Shown piece by piece: positions 1 to 11,216 of a stretch of DNA of 64,000 bases (positions are counted from its first letter, which is position 1; every line of letters begins with the position of its first letter). The translations under genes and the position numbers were made by a program. Location of the stretch: positions 22,382,001 through 22,446,000 of the forward strand of contig NC_043022.1 of the NCBI RefSeq assembly GCF_006345805.1, in the 5' to 3' direction. This DNA comes from Octopus sinensis (taxonomy: Eukaryota). Below the pieces are notes generated by a model. It saw nothing but the letters and a program-made list of their open reading frames with translations, made no database searches and was not told where the DNA came from.

Positions 1-7
1 TGGTTAC

Positions 8-221
8 CTTCTGAGAAAGTGTTGTCGGCATCATTGAAGTCCGGTAAGATCACACCTGAAGGATGAGAACCTGCTCCGTCGTACGGCTTCAGTCTTGTAG
101 TAAGGCCCTCGCTAGACGCTGGCTGCATCTCAAACAAGTGTGCTCGTATATTCTTAGACATGGCTTCCATTGATGATATCATGCTCTCCATTTGGTTGAT
201 ATCCTTCTCAAAATTCTGAAT
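8..221 (-). CDS. Candidate coding exon of an unidentified neighbouring gene continuing off the left edge
   Basis: Minus-strand frame open from 221 to 8 (IQNFEKDINQMESMISSMEAMSKNIRAHLFEMQPASSEGLTTRLKPYDGAGSHPSGVILPDFNDADNTFSE), bounded by TAG (224-222) and a GAAG|GTAACC donor (7-2). GC-richer than its flank. The acceptor lacks a pyrimidine tract; an alternative start is ATG at 191 (CAAATGG). Confidence 0.45.
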
Positions 222-387
222 CTATTTATTTCATTTTGTTTTGTTTTTTTTTATATTTTGTTGTTGTTATTTCAATGTCACCATGACAATCAGGCCATCA
301 TGAAACAAACAAACAAACAAAAAAGCCAGTAAGATATAACATCAATGACAACATCAACAAGGACATTATGAATTAACAGTTACAATG

Positions 388-804
388 GGATCTTTTCGGT
401 TTGACCGGCAGTTTTTTCTAGTGGTGTCATATGAAATTGTCACCCATAATTATGACCCTAGTATCGATCTATTGCATTTCAATCTGTTTTAGGGTTAGGG
501 TTAGGGGTGGGGAGAAGGGTATATTTTTTTCTTCAAAAATGTAAATAAACCCAATCTGTTTCTTAAACGAGGGACATATTCATACGGCACAGAATATTTT
601 CACCTCAATAGACGTCATTGATTGTTTGAAATTGCAGAAATTGAAGAAAAAAAACAACAAATATCTTACAAACTATAGAATTTTCTCAATAAAGCCAAGA
701 GAAAAAGATGTTTTATCAACACATTCTACCAGTATACGAAGTTTAAAAGTGTTTAGTTACGTGGAAATTATTTTTAAAAACTGCCGTTCAAACCGAAAAG
801 ATCC
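388..804 (+). mobile_element. MITE family D, full copy (29-bp TIRs GGATCTTTTCGGTTTGAACGGCAGTTTTT, 8-bp TSD)
   Basis: TIRs at both ends; TSD TTACAATG at 380-387 and 805-812; near-identical copies elsewhere in the window. Confidence 0.9.
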
Positions 805-898
805 TTACAATGTTTATGTAAATGACACAACTACTACTACTACTACTATGACAACAACAACGATGAGACACTATTACTATTTCTATTTCTACTAATAT

Positions 899-1102
899 TG
901 GTTTCAAATTTTAGCACAAGGCCAACAGGTTTGGAGGGGGGAACTTGATTACAACGCCAGTGTTCAACTGGTACTTATTTTATTTATCTAGAAAGGATGA
1001 AAGAGAAAGTCGACCTTGGTGGAGTTTGAACTCGGAACAAAGACAGATCAAATGCCACTAAGCATTTTGTGTTGCCTGTTAATGATTCTGCTTGCTTGCC
1101 AC
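899..1102 (-). mobile_element. SINE family F copy (core GCCTTTCATCCTTTCGGGGTCGATAAATTAAGTACCAG, Deu/Nin-domain-like)
   Basis: Matches dispersed copies at ~11842-12035(-), 17885-18070(-), 35010-35398(+), 40047-40272(+), 48555-48765(-), 57400-57610(-), 61145-61290(-). Domain assignment is from memory and needs a Dfam check. Confidence 0.75.
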
Positions 1103-1665
1103 CTTAATAACAACAACAACACCAATCGAAAGATCACCCTCACCCCTATCACTCACGTAGAAAAATACAGTTTATGAATCTGGGAAATTTTTTTTTAACA
1201 TTTAATTTTTCTTTAATACTCAGTGCACTTTCCACGCCCCCCCCCCCTCACTACCACCCCCGCTTTCAAAAAACTAAAACCTCAAACTGTTTCACTTTCA
1301 ACCGATGCTTCACGTATGCGTAGAATTCTACTGAAGTAGCCGACGTCAAAAATATCAAACCACCACCAGAAATCTCGACATGCTAGAAACAATAGTTAAA
1401 CGACATTATTTCTGGAAAAACTTTTCCACTTTCAAAAAAGCACTTAGAGGTGATAGGTGGAATTTGGAGAAGAGGGTTTGGGTGTTTCTTTAAGAAAAAT
1501 TGAAAAAAAAAAAATTCTTAAAGAATCCTAATCGCTATTTTTCTAATGGATTAAAAAACAAATTTCGAAAAAAGTTAAAAATAAAAAATTTGGGGTGGGG
1601 ACGTTTAGGGTTACTAAAACTTTGAAAACGTGTCTTGTGGGCAAAATCTTTATTTCATCATCGTC

Positions 1666-1686
1666 GTCGTCGTCGTCATCATCATC

Positions 1687-1718
<32 letters not shown>

Positions 1719-1975
1719 CATCATCATCGTTTAGCATCCGCTTTCCATGCTAGCATGGGTTGGACGGTTCAACTGGGGTCTGGGAAGCCAGAAGGCTGCG
1801 CCAGGCCCAGTCTGATCTGGCAATGTTTCTATGGCTGGATGCCCTTCCTAATGCCAACCACTCCATGAGTGTAGAGGATGCTTTTTACGTGCCACCGGCA
1901 CAAGGGCCAGACGAGGCTGGCAATGGCCATGATTGGATGGTGCTTTTTATGTGCCACCGGCACGATTTACGTGTC
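1666..1975 (-). mobile_element. Truncated RTE-LINE 3' UTR (family C) with (GAT)n tail
   Basis: (CAT)n followed by CGTTTAGCATCCGCTTTCCATGCTAGCATGGGTTGG and GGATGCCCTTCCTAATGCCAACC. Other copies: 9518-9968(+), 10564-10930(-), 18118-18300(-), 28284-28575(-), 33563-33779(+), 34222-34425(-), 35955-36198(+), 41440-41617(+), 45085-45272(+), 50257-50535(-), 51105-51560(-), 52885-53110(-), 60596-60662(-), 63832-64000(+). Confidence 0.8.
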
Positions 1976-2151
1976 ACTGCTATATCAAAGACAGGAACCC
2001 GAAGAAATTTTGGGAAAAAATAAGGAGGGGTAGAGACAAAGTTTCTAAATATGCTCATCATGAATACGAATTACTTAGTATAAAAAAAGGTCATTTCAGT
2101 TGATGTTGAGCTGTAATTTTATTATTCATACTAAGTTTTACCTAGAGAGAA

Positions 2152-2168
2152 TGAGTGAGAGAGAGAGA

Positions 2169-2224
<56 letters not shown>
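2152..2224. repeat. (AG)n microsatellite
   Basis: Direct reading. Confidence 0.95.
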
Positions 2225-2227
<3 letters not shown>

Positions 2228-4554
2228 TGTGCATGCACAAAGAAGTTATTTGTACATATCTTTCTGAATTCTAAATGAAGAAAAGCTTGGCAACTCCAGC
2301 CATGATTGTAAAGCCCCCAAACAACTCTGCGCACGTATCTGTTGTATTGAGCGCAAGAGAAACATTTATGAAAATGTACACATAAATAAGTTATGTTTAC
2401 TGACCATGTTTGCAATTATCAAAGTTTATATAAAATGAAATTAAATCCAGGTGTAGTGGCACAAGCAGTCCGATCAAGTTAGTAAAGTTTTAACAGTTTT
2501 GTGACAACATAGTGTCTCGATACATTCTAATGGAAAAGTGAAAGAAAGAGATAATGACATTCACTCTTTGGAAGAGAAATTAAGTTTGGTGGAGGTGAGG
2601 TGGTGAGGAAAACATCTGTTTTATTATCACAATTTCCACAGTTTTGCCTGTAATCACCTGTTTTGCTAATTCTGACTGTTTTTTTTTTTTTTTGCTAATT
2701 TTGTCACAAGACTGTTATAACTTTAATTCAATTTTATACAAACTTCGATATCAATTACATACATAATTGCAAACATAACTTATTTATGTGTACATTTTTA
2801 TAAATATTTCTCTTGCATTCAATACAACAGATACACGCGCAGAGTGTAATCGTAGCTGGAGTCCGCTGCAAGTTTTTCTTCTTTTGGAATTCAGAAAGGT
2901 TGTACAATTGTACAAATAACTTCTTTTGCACACACACTAGGTAAAACTTCAGTACGAATTATAAAATCACAGTTCAACATCAATTGAAATTACCTTTTTT
3001 TTTATTTTGTAATTCGTATTTGTGATGAACGTATTTAGAAACTTTATCTCCACCCCTCCTTATTTTTTTCCAAAATTTCTTTGGGTTCCTGTTTTCAATG
3101 TAGAAGATTAGAATTTGCCCAAGAAACATTTTCAAAATGTTAATAACCCTAACCTTCTTGACCCCCAAATATTCAATTTGTAACTTTATTTCGAAACTTT
3201 TAGAGATAATCTTTAAATTTTTTTTTTTAATTTTTCTCATATTCCCTCCCCCAACCTCCACCCACCACCTTCAAGTGTTTTACTTTTAGCTTTTTTGAAA
3301 GTGGTGAAGTTTTTCCAGAAATAATGTCGTTTAGCTGCTGTTACTAGCATGTCAGGATTTCTGGTCGTGGTCTGATATTTTTGACGTCTGCTATTTCAGC
3401 ATAATTCTACGCATGCGTGAAACATCAGACGAAAGTGAAACAAGTTTTTTAGTGTTTTGAAAGCGGGGAGGTGGAGGTGGCGTGGAAGGGGCATTGAGTA
3501 TGTCTTAAAGAAGAATTAAAAGTTAAAAAAAAAAATTCCCAGATTTGTAATCTCTGTCTTTTTCAATGTAGATTTAAAAAAAAAATTTGAAAAAAGTTTA
3601 AAATTAAGAAATTGGGGTGGGGATTAAAATTTTGAAAACGTGATTTTTGGGCAAAATCGTATTCTATATTGAAGAAACAGAAATCCGAAAGGAATTTTTT
3701 AAAAAATCACCGAAAACAGGTGATGTATACATTCTTTACCTCCGCATCGATGTGGAACTAAAAACATTTGTGAAATTTAGCGCGAGGGAATGGATTAACG
3801 CGATGCCATCTTGTTCCTTTAAATGTTCAGAAACGTGATACAATGAATGTAAACAAACTAAGATTCATTCATTTCAGATATTACGAATCTGTAAAAAGAA
3901 AAATGTATGTGTGTGTGGGGTATTTAGAGTTTCAATTCTTACTGTTTTTCTGAAAAGATTTCAATGGATTTATGGATTTAAGTTATGTGCAATTTTAAAG
4001 AATCGTAATCTCAGATATTTAAAACAAAAATCAAAACTGAAATATGACGAAAAACCTGAGAGATAGAGAGAGAAGAAAAATTCTTACTTCCCCAGTTTTA
4101 TCTATCTTACGATGCTTAACATACACAAATCCGAAGAAATAATAGGTTTTTTTTTTGTACACTAGATAATTCTGATTCAATTCTTCTGGGATTTCTGTTT
4201 CAAAAACATAATAATAACAGTAGATTTTAAATCCCTGATATTCAAAAACTTGAAAATCCGAAGACATTTTGAAAAACAAAAAGTTAAAATTTAAAAAAAA
4301 AACAGATCTGTGAAAAATTACAAATTAAAACGAATGTAGTTTGAGAGAGATTTGGCTGCTATTTCTATTCAGGTTGACAAACCACATAGGACAGGAGAGA
4401 AATGTTTTGACAGCAGGTGTAAATTACAATTTTCTTGTTCCGCTTTTTCTTTTGTTACTGGTTTTTACCGCTTACTTTAGTGAAAAAATTGTGGTTTATT
4501 TTCGATTAATAGATTTAAATCATTTTTTTAAAATCTTGCGTATTAAAGCGTGCG

Positions 4555-4730
4555 TGTGTGTGTGTGTGTGTGTGTATGATTTTACGTCTCCGTCACTTAG
4601 TGGTTCGGCAAAAAGGATTGGTAAAGTACCAGGCTTAAATTTAAAAATCATATACTGGGATCGATTCATTCGACAAAAACTTTTTCAAGGCGGAGCCCCA
4701 GCATGGCCGCAGTCTAATGACTCAAACGAG
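4555..4730 (+). mobile_element. SINE family A, 3' half
   Basis: Matches the 3' half of the full copy at 7638-8055 (CGTCACTTAGTGGTTCGGCAAAA...CCAGCATGGCCGCAGTC). Confidence 0.75.
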
Positions 4731-4917
4731 TAAAATGTACGTATGGATATGTGTGTGTGTATGTATGTATGTATGTATGTATGTATGTATGTATGTGTGT
4801 GTGTATGTATGTATGTATGCATGTATGTATGTATGTATGAATATTGTGTTTTAGAGAGCGACTTTTGTCAGAGCATTTCATATTTGGAAGCAGGGAAGTC
4901 CCTTCTCCACCCCTGAC

Positions 4918-5945
4918 ATTTTTATTAATATTTAGCAGAAGCAACAGTGACTCATGGGCCGAGAGTTTCGTGCGTTAGCACTTATCAAACTAGTTTGGTA
5001 AGTGCTGACGCACGAAACTTGAGTCACAAGTTTGATAAGTGACAACGCACGAAACTCTCGGCCCATGAGTCATTCTGTTGCTTCTGCTAAATATTAATAA
5101 AAATATATATATATATATACATGCTCATATTTTTGAATTCTATTCTGCATATTTGCATCACCTATCAAACTAGTTTGGTAAGTGCTAACGCACGAAACAC
5201 TCGGACCATGAGTCACTAGTTTGATAAGTGACAACGCACGAAACTCTCGGCCCATGAGTCATTCTGTTGCTTCTGCTAAATATTAATAAAAATATATATA
5301 TATATATACATGCTCATATTTTTGAATTCTATTCTGCATATTTGCATCACCTATCAAACTAGTTTGGTAAGTGCTAACGCACGAAACACTCGGACCATGA
5401 GTCACTAGTTTGATAAGTGACAACGCACGAAACTCTCGGCCCATGAGTCATTCTGTTGCTTCTGCTAAATATTAATAAAAATATATATATATATACATGC
5501 TCATATTTTTGAATTCTATTCTGCATATTTGCATCACCTATCAAACTAGTTTGGTAAGTGTTAACACACGAAACTCTCGGCTCTTGAGTCACTAGTTTGA
5601 TAAGTGACAACACACGAAACTCTCGGCCCATGAGTCACTCTGTTGCTTCTGCTAAATATTAATAAAGATATTCATATTTTGAATTCTGTTCTGCTTATTT
5701 GCATCACCTATCAAACTAGTTTGGTAAGTGCTAACGCACGAAACTCTCGGCCCATGAGTCACTGTTGCTTCAACTAAATATTAATAAAAATATATTATAC
5801 ATGCTAACGCACAACGCACGAAACTCTCGGACCATGAGTCACTCTGTTGCTTCTGCTAAAATATTAATAAAAATATATATATACATGCTCATATTTTTGA
5901 ATTCTATTCTGCTCGTTTGCATCACCATATACCTTATATTATATA
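4918..5945. repeat. Palindrome-headed tandem array of ~190-bp units (about 5 copies)
   Basis: Unit starts (CTATCAAACTAGTTTGGTAAG) at ~5162, 5351, 5538, 5709. 4918-4990 is the reverse complement of the unit arm. Confidence 0.9.
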
Positions 5946-6384
5946 AAGGTGGTCTTAATGTGATGACTGCGTGTCTGTGTGACTACCTGTACGGTGGAGA
6001 TTGAAGGAGGGAGAGACGGTTACAGCTGATGAGGCCGCACGGTGCGCGGGTCGGCGACGGTGGTGCAAGCCAGCTTCCTGTTTCCTTCGACAAAGTGTTA
6101 TGTAGCGACAACAGATAGGAAGAGAATCGGAAGAAGCCAGAGAGCAGCACCGTATTGGACCGCCGACACATCTTTTCACCGCAGAAGCGACATCAGTTAT
6201 AGAAGGAAGAGGAAAAAGAGAGGCTCAGAAATGGGGCGTATGACGCCTTCTCATTGGTTCATTTTTCTCTCTCTGTATTATGTTTAGTCTTTTTTCCTTC
6301 TCATTTCCTCTCATAATTTCTCCTTCTACTTCTTGCTTCTACTCGTCCTACTTCTTCGTCTTCTTCTTTGTTATCTCTATGTTA

Positions 6385-7080
6385 TTCTCCTTGTTTTTCT
6401 CCTTCTTTCTTATCTTTATGTTATCCTCCTTGTTTTTCTCTTTCTTTTTGAAATCTTCTACTCGTCCTACTTCTTCGTCTCCTTCTTTGTTATCTCTATG
6501 TTATTCTCCTTGTTTTTCTCCTTCTTTCTTATCTGTATGTTATCCTCCTTGTTTTTCTCCTTCTTTCTTATCTTTATGTTTATCCTCCTTGTTTTTCTCC
6601 TTCTTTCTTATCTTTATGTTTATCCTCCTTGTTTTTCATCTTCTTTCTTATCTGTATGTTATCCTCCTTGTTTTTCTCCTTCTTTCTTATCTTTATGTTT
6701 ATCCTCCTTGTTTTTCTCCTTCTTTCTTATCTGTATGTTATCCTCCTTGTTTTTCTCCTTCTTTCTTATCTTTATGTTTATCCTCCTTGTTTTTCTCCTT
6801 CTTTCTTATCTTTATGTTTATCCTCCTTGTTTTTCATCTTCTTTCTTATCTGTATGTTATCCTCCTTGTTTTTCTCCTTCTTTCTTATCTTTATGTTTAT
6901 CCTCCTTGTTTTTCTCCTTCTTTCTTATCTGTATGTTATCCTCCTTGTTTTTCTCCTTCTTTCTTATCTTTATGTTTATCCTCCTTGTTTTTCTCCTTCT
7001 TTCTTATCTTTATGTTTATCCTCCTTGTTTTTCTCCTTCTTCCTTATCTTTATGTTTATCCTCCTTGTTTTCCTCCTTCT
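6385..7080. repeat. Pyrimidine-rich 39/40-bp minisatellite
   Basis: Units TTATCTGTATGTTATCCTCCTTGTTTTTCTCCTTCTTTC (39) and TTATCTTTATGTTTATCCTCCTTGTTTTTCTCCTTCTTTC (40), about 17 copies. Confidence 0.95.
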
Positions 7081-7229
7081 TCTCCTAATGTCTGTCTTCT
7101 ACCACCATCAAAATCTGGCGAAATACTTAAGAACGTACACAGATAGGAAAATGCATTTCAGGATAGCATGGACACACAGTCATACCGACAATCTTCCTTC
7201 TATCAAAACATACTTATTGCATCATATTA

Positions 7230-9110
7230 TAGTTTATCCCGGCGAAGATGAAGCACGTGTACATCACCCATTTCCGAAGTGGTTTTTTTTTCAAATCTTT
7301 AAGAATTAAAAAAAAATTTTTCTTAAAGAAACACTCAAATCCCCTTCCCCAACCACCACCTTTGAATGTTTCACTTCAAGCTTTTTTGAAAGCGGGAAGT
7401 TTTTCCAGAAATAATGTCGTTTAGCTGTCGTTTCTAGCATGTCGGGTTTCCTGGTGGTGGTCTGATATTTTTTAACGTCTGCTATTTCAGTAGACTTCTA
7501 CGCATGCGCGAAATATCAGACGACAGTGGAACATTCTGAGTTTAAAGTTTTTTGGAATCGGTGGGGGAGGCGATGGGTGGGTGAGGTGGGGGGAAGGGGC
7601 ATTGAGTGTTTCGAGGAAAATTAAAATTTTTAAAAAAATAGGCGCAGGAGTGGCTGTGTGGTAAGTAGCTTGCTAACCAACCACATGGTTCCGGGTTCAG
7701 TCCCACTGCGTGGCATCTTGGGCAAGTGTCTTCTGCTATAGCCCCGGGCCGACCAATGCCTTGTGAGTGGATTTGGTAGACGGAAACTGAAAAGAAGCCC
7801 GTCGTATATATGTATATATATATATATGTATGTGTGTGTTTGTGTGTCTGTGTTTGTCCCCCTAGCATTGCTTGACAACCGATGCTGGTGTGTTTACATC
7901 CCCGTCACTTAGCGGTTCGGCAAAAGAGACCGATAGAATAAGTACTGGGCTTACAAAGAATAAGTCCCGGGGTCGATTTGCTCGACTAAAAGGTGGTGCT
8001 CCAGCATGGCCGCAGTCAAATGACTGAAACAAGTAAAAGAGTAAAGAGTAAAGAGTTAGTTACCTAGCAATTATTTCAGTAGGCTTCTACGCATGCGCGA
8101 AATATCAGACGAAAGTGAAACATTCTGAGATTTTGAAAGCAGGGAGGTGACAGGTGGGTGAGGTGGGGGAAGGGGCATTGAGTGTTAGAATTTTTTTTTT
8201 TAATCTCAGATTTGTAAACTCTGAATTTTTCTACATAGATGGAAAAAAAATTCGATATAGGAGAATACGATTTTGCTCAAAATTTTTTTCAAAATTTTAA
8301 TTTCCTCCACTCCAATCTCTTAATTTTTAAATTTTTCGAATTATTTTTTAATTCACGTAGAAAAATACAGAGTTTACAAATCTGAGATTATTTATTACTT
8401 TGGATCTTTTCGGTTTGAACGGCAGTTTTTAACATAATTTCTAGGTAACTAAAAAATTATTTTTTAAATTTTAATTTTCCTCGAAACACTCAATGCCCCT
8501 TCCCCCCACCTCACCCACCCATCGCCTCCCCCACCGATTCCAAAAAACTTTAAACTCAGAATGTTCCACTGTCGTCTGATATTTCGCGCATGCGTAGAAG
8601 TCTACTGAAATAGCAGACGTTAAAATATATCAGACCACCACCAGGAAACCCGACATGCTAGAAACGATAGCTAAACGACATTATTTCTGGAAAAACTTCT
8701 CGCTTTCAAAAACGCTTGAAGTGAAACATTCAGAGGTGATGGGTGGTGGTTGGGGAAGGGGATTTGAGTGTTTCTTTAAGAAAATTTTTTTTTTAATTCT
8801 TAAAGATTTGTAATCTCTATTTTTCTAATAGATTAAAAACAAAATTCTGATATTTTTGACGTCTGCTATTTCAGTAGTGTTCTACGCATGCGCGAAATAT
8901 CAGACGAAAGTGAAACATTCTGAGATTTTGAAAGCAGGTGGGTGACAGGTGGGTGAGGTGGGGGAAGGGGCATTGAGTGTTAGAATTTTTTTTTTAATCT
9001 CAGATTTGTAAACTCTGGATTTTTCTACATGGATGAAAAAAAATTCGGAAAAAATTCGAAATTAAGAAATTGGGGTGGGAGAAATTAAAATTCTGAAAAA
9101 GTGATTAAAC
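7230..9110. repeat. Cluster of family E repeat copies, including a ~340-bp near-perfect inverted pair (7300-7637 / 8455-8810) and a direct pair (~8076-8230 / ~8870-9030)
   Basis: Direct comparison of the arms; homologous to the repeat at 1130-3750. Confidence 0.8.
7638..8055 (+). mobile_element. tRNA-derived SINE family A, full length
   Basis: Pol III A-box-like TGGCTGTGTGG and B-box GGTTCAGTCCC, CTTGGGCAAGTGTCTT core, internal (TA)n(TG)n tract, (GTAAAAGA)n-type tail. Confidence 0.9.
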
Positions 9111-9279
9111 TGTGATTAATTTCAGAATTTGTTTTAATAACTTTGTTTATACTTACATTATCATATATATTATACTCTTTTACTCTTTTACTTGTTTCAG
9201 TCATTTGACTGCGGCCATGCTGGAACACCACCTTTAGTCGAGCAAATCGACCCCGGGACTTATTCTTTGTAATCCCAGT

Positions 9280-9283
<4 letters not shown>

Positions 9284-9330
<47 letters not shown>

Positions 9331-9360
9331 TATATATATATAATATATATATATATATTA

Positions 9361-9396
<36 letters not shown>

Positions 9397-9438
9397 ACAT
9401 ATATATATATATATACATATATATATACATATATATAA

Positions 9439-9518
<80 letters not shown>
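9284..9518. repeat. Long interrupted (TA)n microsatellite
   Basis: Direct reading; lies between a SINE A 3' fragment (9173-9283, -) and an RTE 3' UTR. Confidence 0.95.
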
Positions 9519-9522
<4 letters not shown>

Positions 9523-9968
9523 CAAATTTGATGACTGGCATCCGTGCTAGTGGAGCACTAAGAGTACCATACGAGCGTGATCGTTGCCAGAGCAACAAGC
9601 TGGCCTCCGTCCCGATAGCACGTAAAAAAACACCATTTGAGCATGCACTTGTGCTGGTGGCACATGAAAAATACATTCGAACGAGGTCGTTGCCAATGTC
9701 GTTGGACTGGCTTCTGTACAGGTGGCACATAAAAAGCACCATCTGAGCGTGGCCACTGCCAGTACCGCCTGACTGGCCCTCGTGCCGGTGGCACGTAAAA
9801 GCACCCACTACATTCTCAGAGTGGTTGGTGTTAGGAAGGGCATCCAGCCATAGAAACTCTACCAGATCAGATTGGAGCCTGGTGCAGCCATCTGGTTCGC
9901 CAGACCTCAGTCAAATCGTCCAACCCATACTAGCATGGAAAGTGGACGTTAAATTATGATGATGAGGA
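9518..9968 (+). mobile_element. RTE-LINE 3' UTR (family C), long copy
   Basis: Colinear with 58686-59230; ends GGAAAGTGGACGTTAAATTATGATGATGAG. Confidence 0.8.
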
Positions 9969-11216
9969 TATATATATATATATATATATATCACCGTGAT
10001 CATGGTGACCGACCAGGCTATCAGATATTGCTACACATCGCTGGTCACAATGCACTTTGCATTGTTTTAGCCTTCAAATGACGCCACCCCGCTGGCTAAG
10101 TGAGCAGGCCAACAGAAGAAAGAGTGAGAGAAATTTGTGGTGAAAGAGTACAGCAGGGATCGCCACCACCAGTAAATCCTAAGTCCAAAAGAGAAGCACA
10201 CTCTAAGTTATAGAGCAGTAGAATAATTAGATAAAGATAGTTATGGCTGGTCTATGGAGTTACTCTGGGTTTTATGTCGATAAAGCGTTTAGCCTTACAG
10301 CATCTCTTCAGACCCTAATGTTTATATGTGTATATATGAATATATATGGGTATGCATATATGTATGTGTGTGTGCAAGACTATCACTATATAACAGTCTA
10401 CTCTTAAAAGAAGGTACATGCATTATTAACAAATATTTTTAGCAGCAGCATAACAACTTGAAAGACCTAGTTAAAAACAAAATATAAAACCTTCCATCAG
10501 AATTTCTTGTTAATTTATGTTTCAAACACCAGTTTAATAATGACATAGTTATTTTACCAAATTTTCATCATCACCATCGTTTAACGTCCGCTTTCCATGC
10601 CTACATGGGTTGGACGATTTTGACTGAGGGCTGGCGAACCAGATGGCTGCACCAGGCTCCAATCTTGATCTGGCAGAGTTTCTACAGCTGGATGCCCTTC
10701 CTAATGCTAACCACTCAGAGTGTAGTGGGAGCTTTTTACGTGCCACCGGCATGGGGGCCAGTCAGGCGGTACTGGCAACGACCTCACGCGAATCCTTTTA
10801 CACATGCCACCAGCACAGGTGCCAGTAAGGCGACGTTGGTAATGATCACACTCGAATGGTGCCCTTTTACGTGTCACTGGCACGGAAGCCAGTTGGCTTC
10901 TCTGGCAACAATCACGCTCGGGTGGTCATTTTCAAAATTAATTGAAACAAAGGGAGGGAAATGCATTTCAACAGGTATAAGATAACAAAAAATTTAAAGG
11001 TAGTGCTCCAATATGGTCACAGTTCAAAGACTGAAACCAGTGAAAGAATGAAGTAGGATTTCCTACCTGATTTCTCTTGGCCTCAGTATCATCATATTCA
11101 AATCTGTTTGAGAAAGGTTTTTCATCTATAGAAGAGTACCATTCTGGACTATTTTCACTGAACATCTCACAAGTTTAATCTAAATGAACAAATAAAGTAA
11201 TGTTAAATGAAATGTT

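Larger units (their letters stand above)
1130..3750. repeat. Two diverged inverted copies of modular repeat family E (left ~1130-2144, right ~2937-3750)
   Basis: 1976-2144 is the reverse complement of ~2937-3110, and 1300-1640 of ~3230-3660. The left copy is split by an RTE 3'-UTR insertion. The right copy ends near ATTCTTTACCTCCGC (3732-3746). Confidence 0.7.

Noticed and set aside
490-512. TTAGGG repeats suggesting a telomere or interstitial telomeric site
   Set aside because: Only 2-3 units, and they are an internal part of MITE D in every copy.
388-804. Classifying MITE D as hAT because of its 8-bp TSD
   Set aside because: Termini are GGATC rather than CAG/TAG and the four TSDs show no TCTAGA preference; left as Merlin-like or unclassified.
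4918-5945. Regular palindromic repeats resembling a CRISPR array
   Set aside because: The 'spacers' are copies of each other, the units are ~190 bp, there are no cas genes and the context is eukaryotic.
6280-7309. Three long overlapping ORFs (288, 251, 226 aa) that look like hydrophobic membrane proteins
   Set aside because: They arise because the pyrimidine-rich minisatellite lacks stop codons in all three plus frames; frames swap with 39/40-bp units and no splice or homology signal supports them.
9260-9808. Long ORFs through (TA)n, (CAT)n, (AG)n, (TG)n tracts here and at 1543-1868, 2131-2415, 62973-63457
   Set aside because: Low-complexity microsatellite translations (poly-YI, poly-H/D, poly-SL) fused to repeat sequence.
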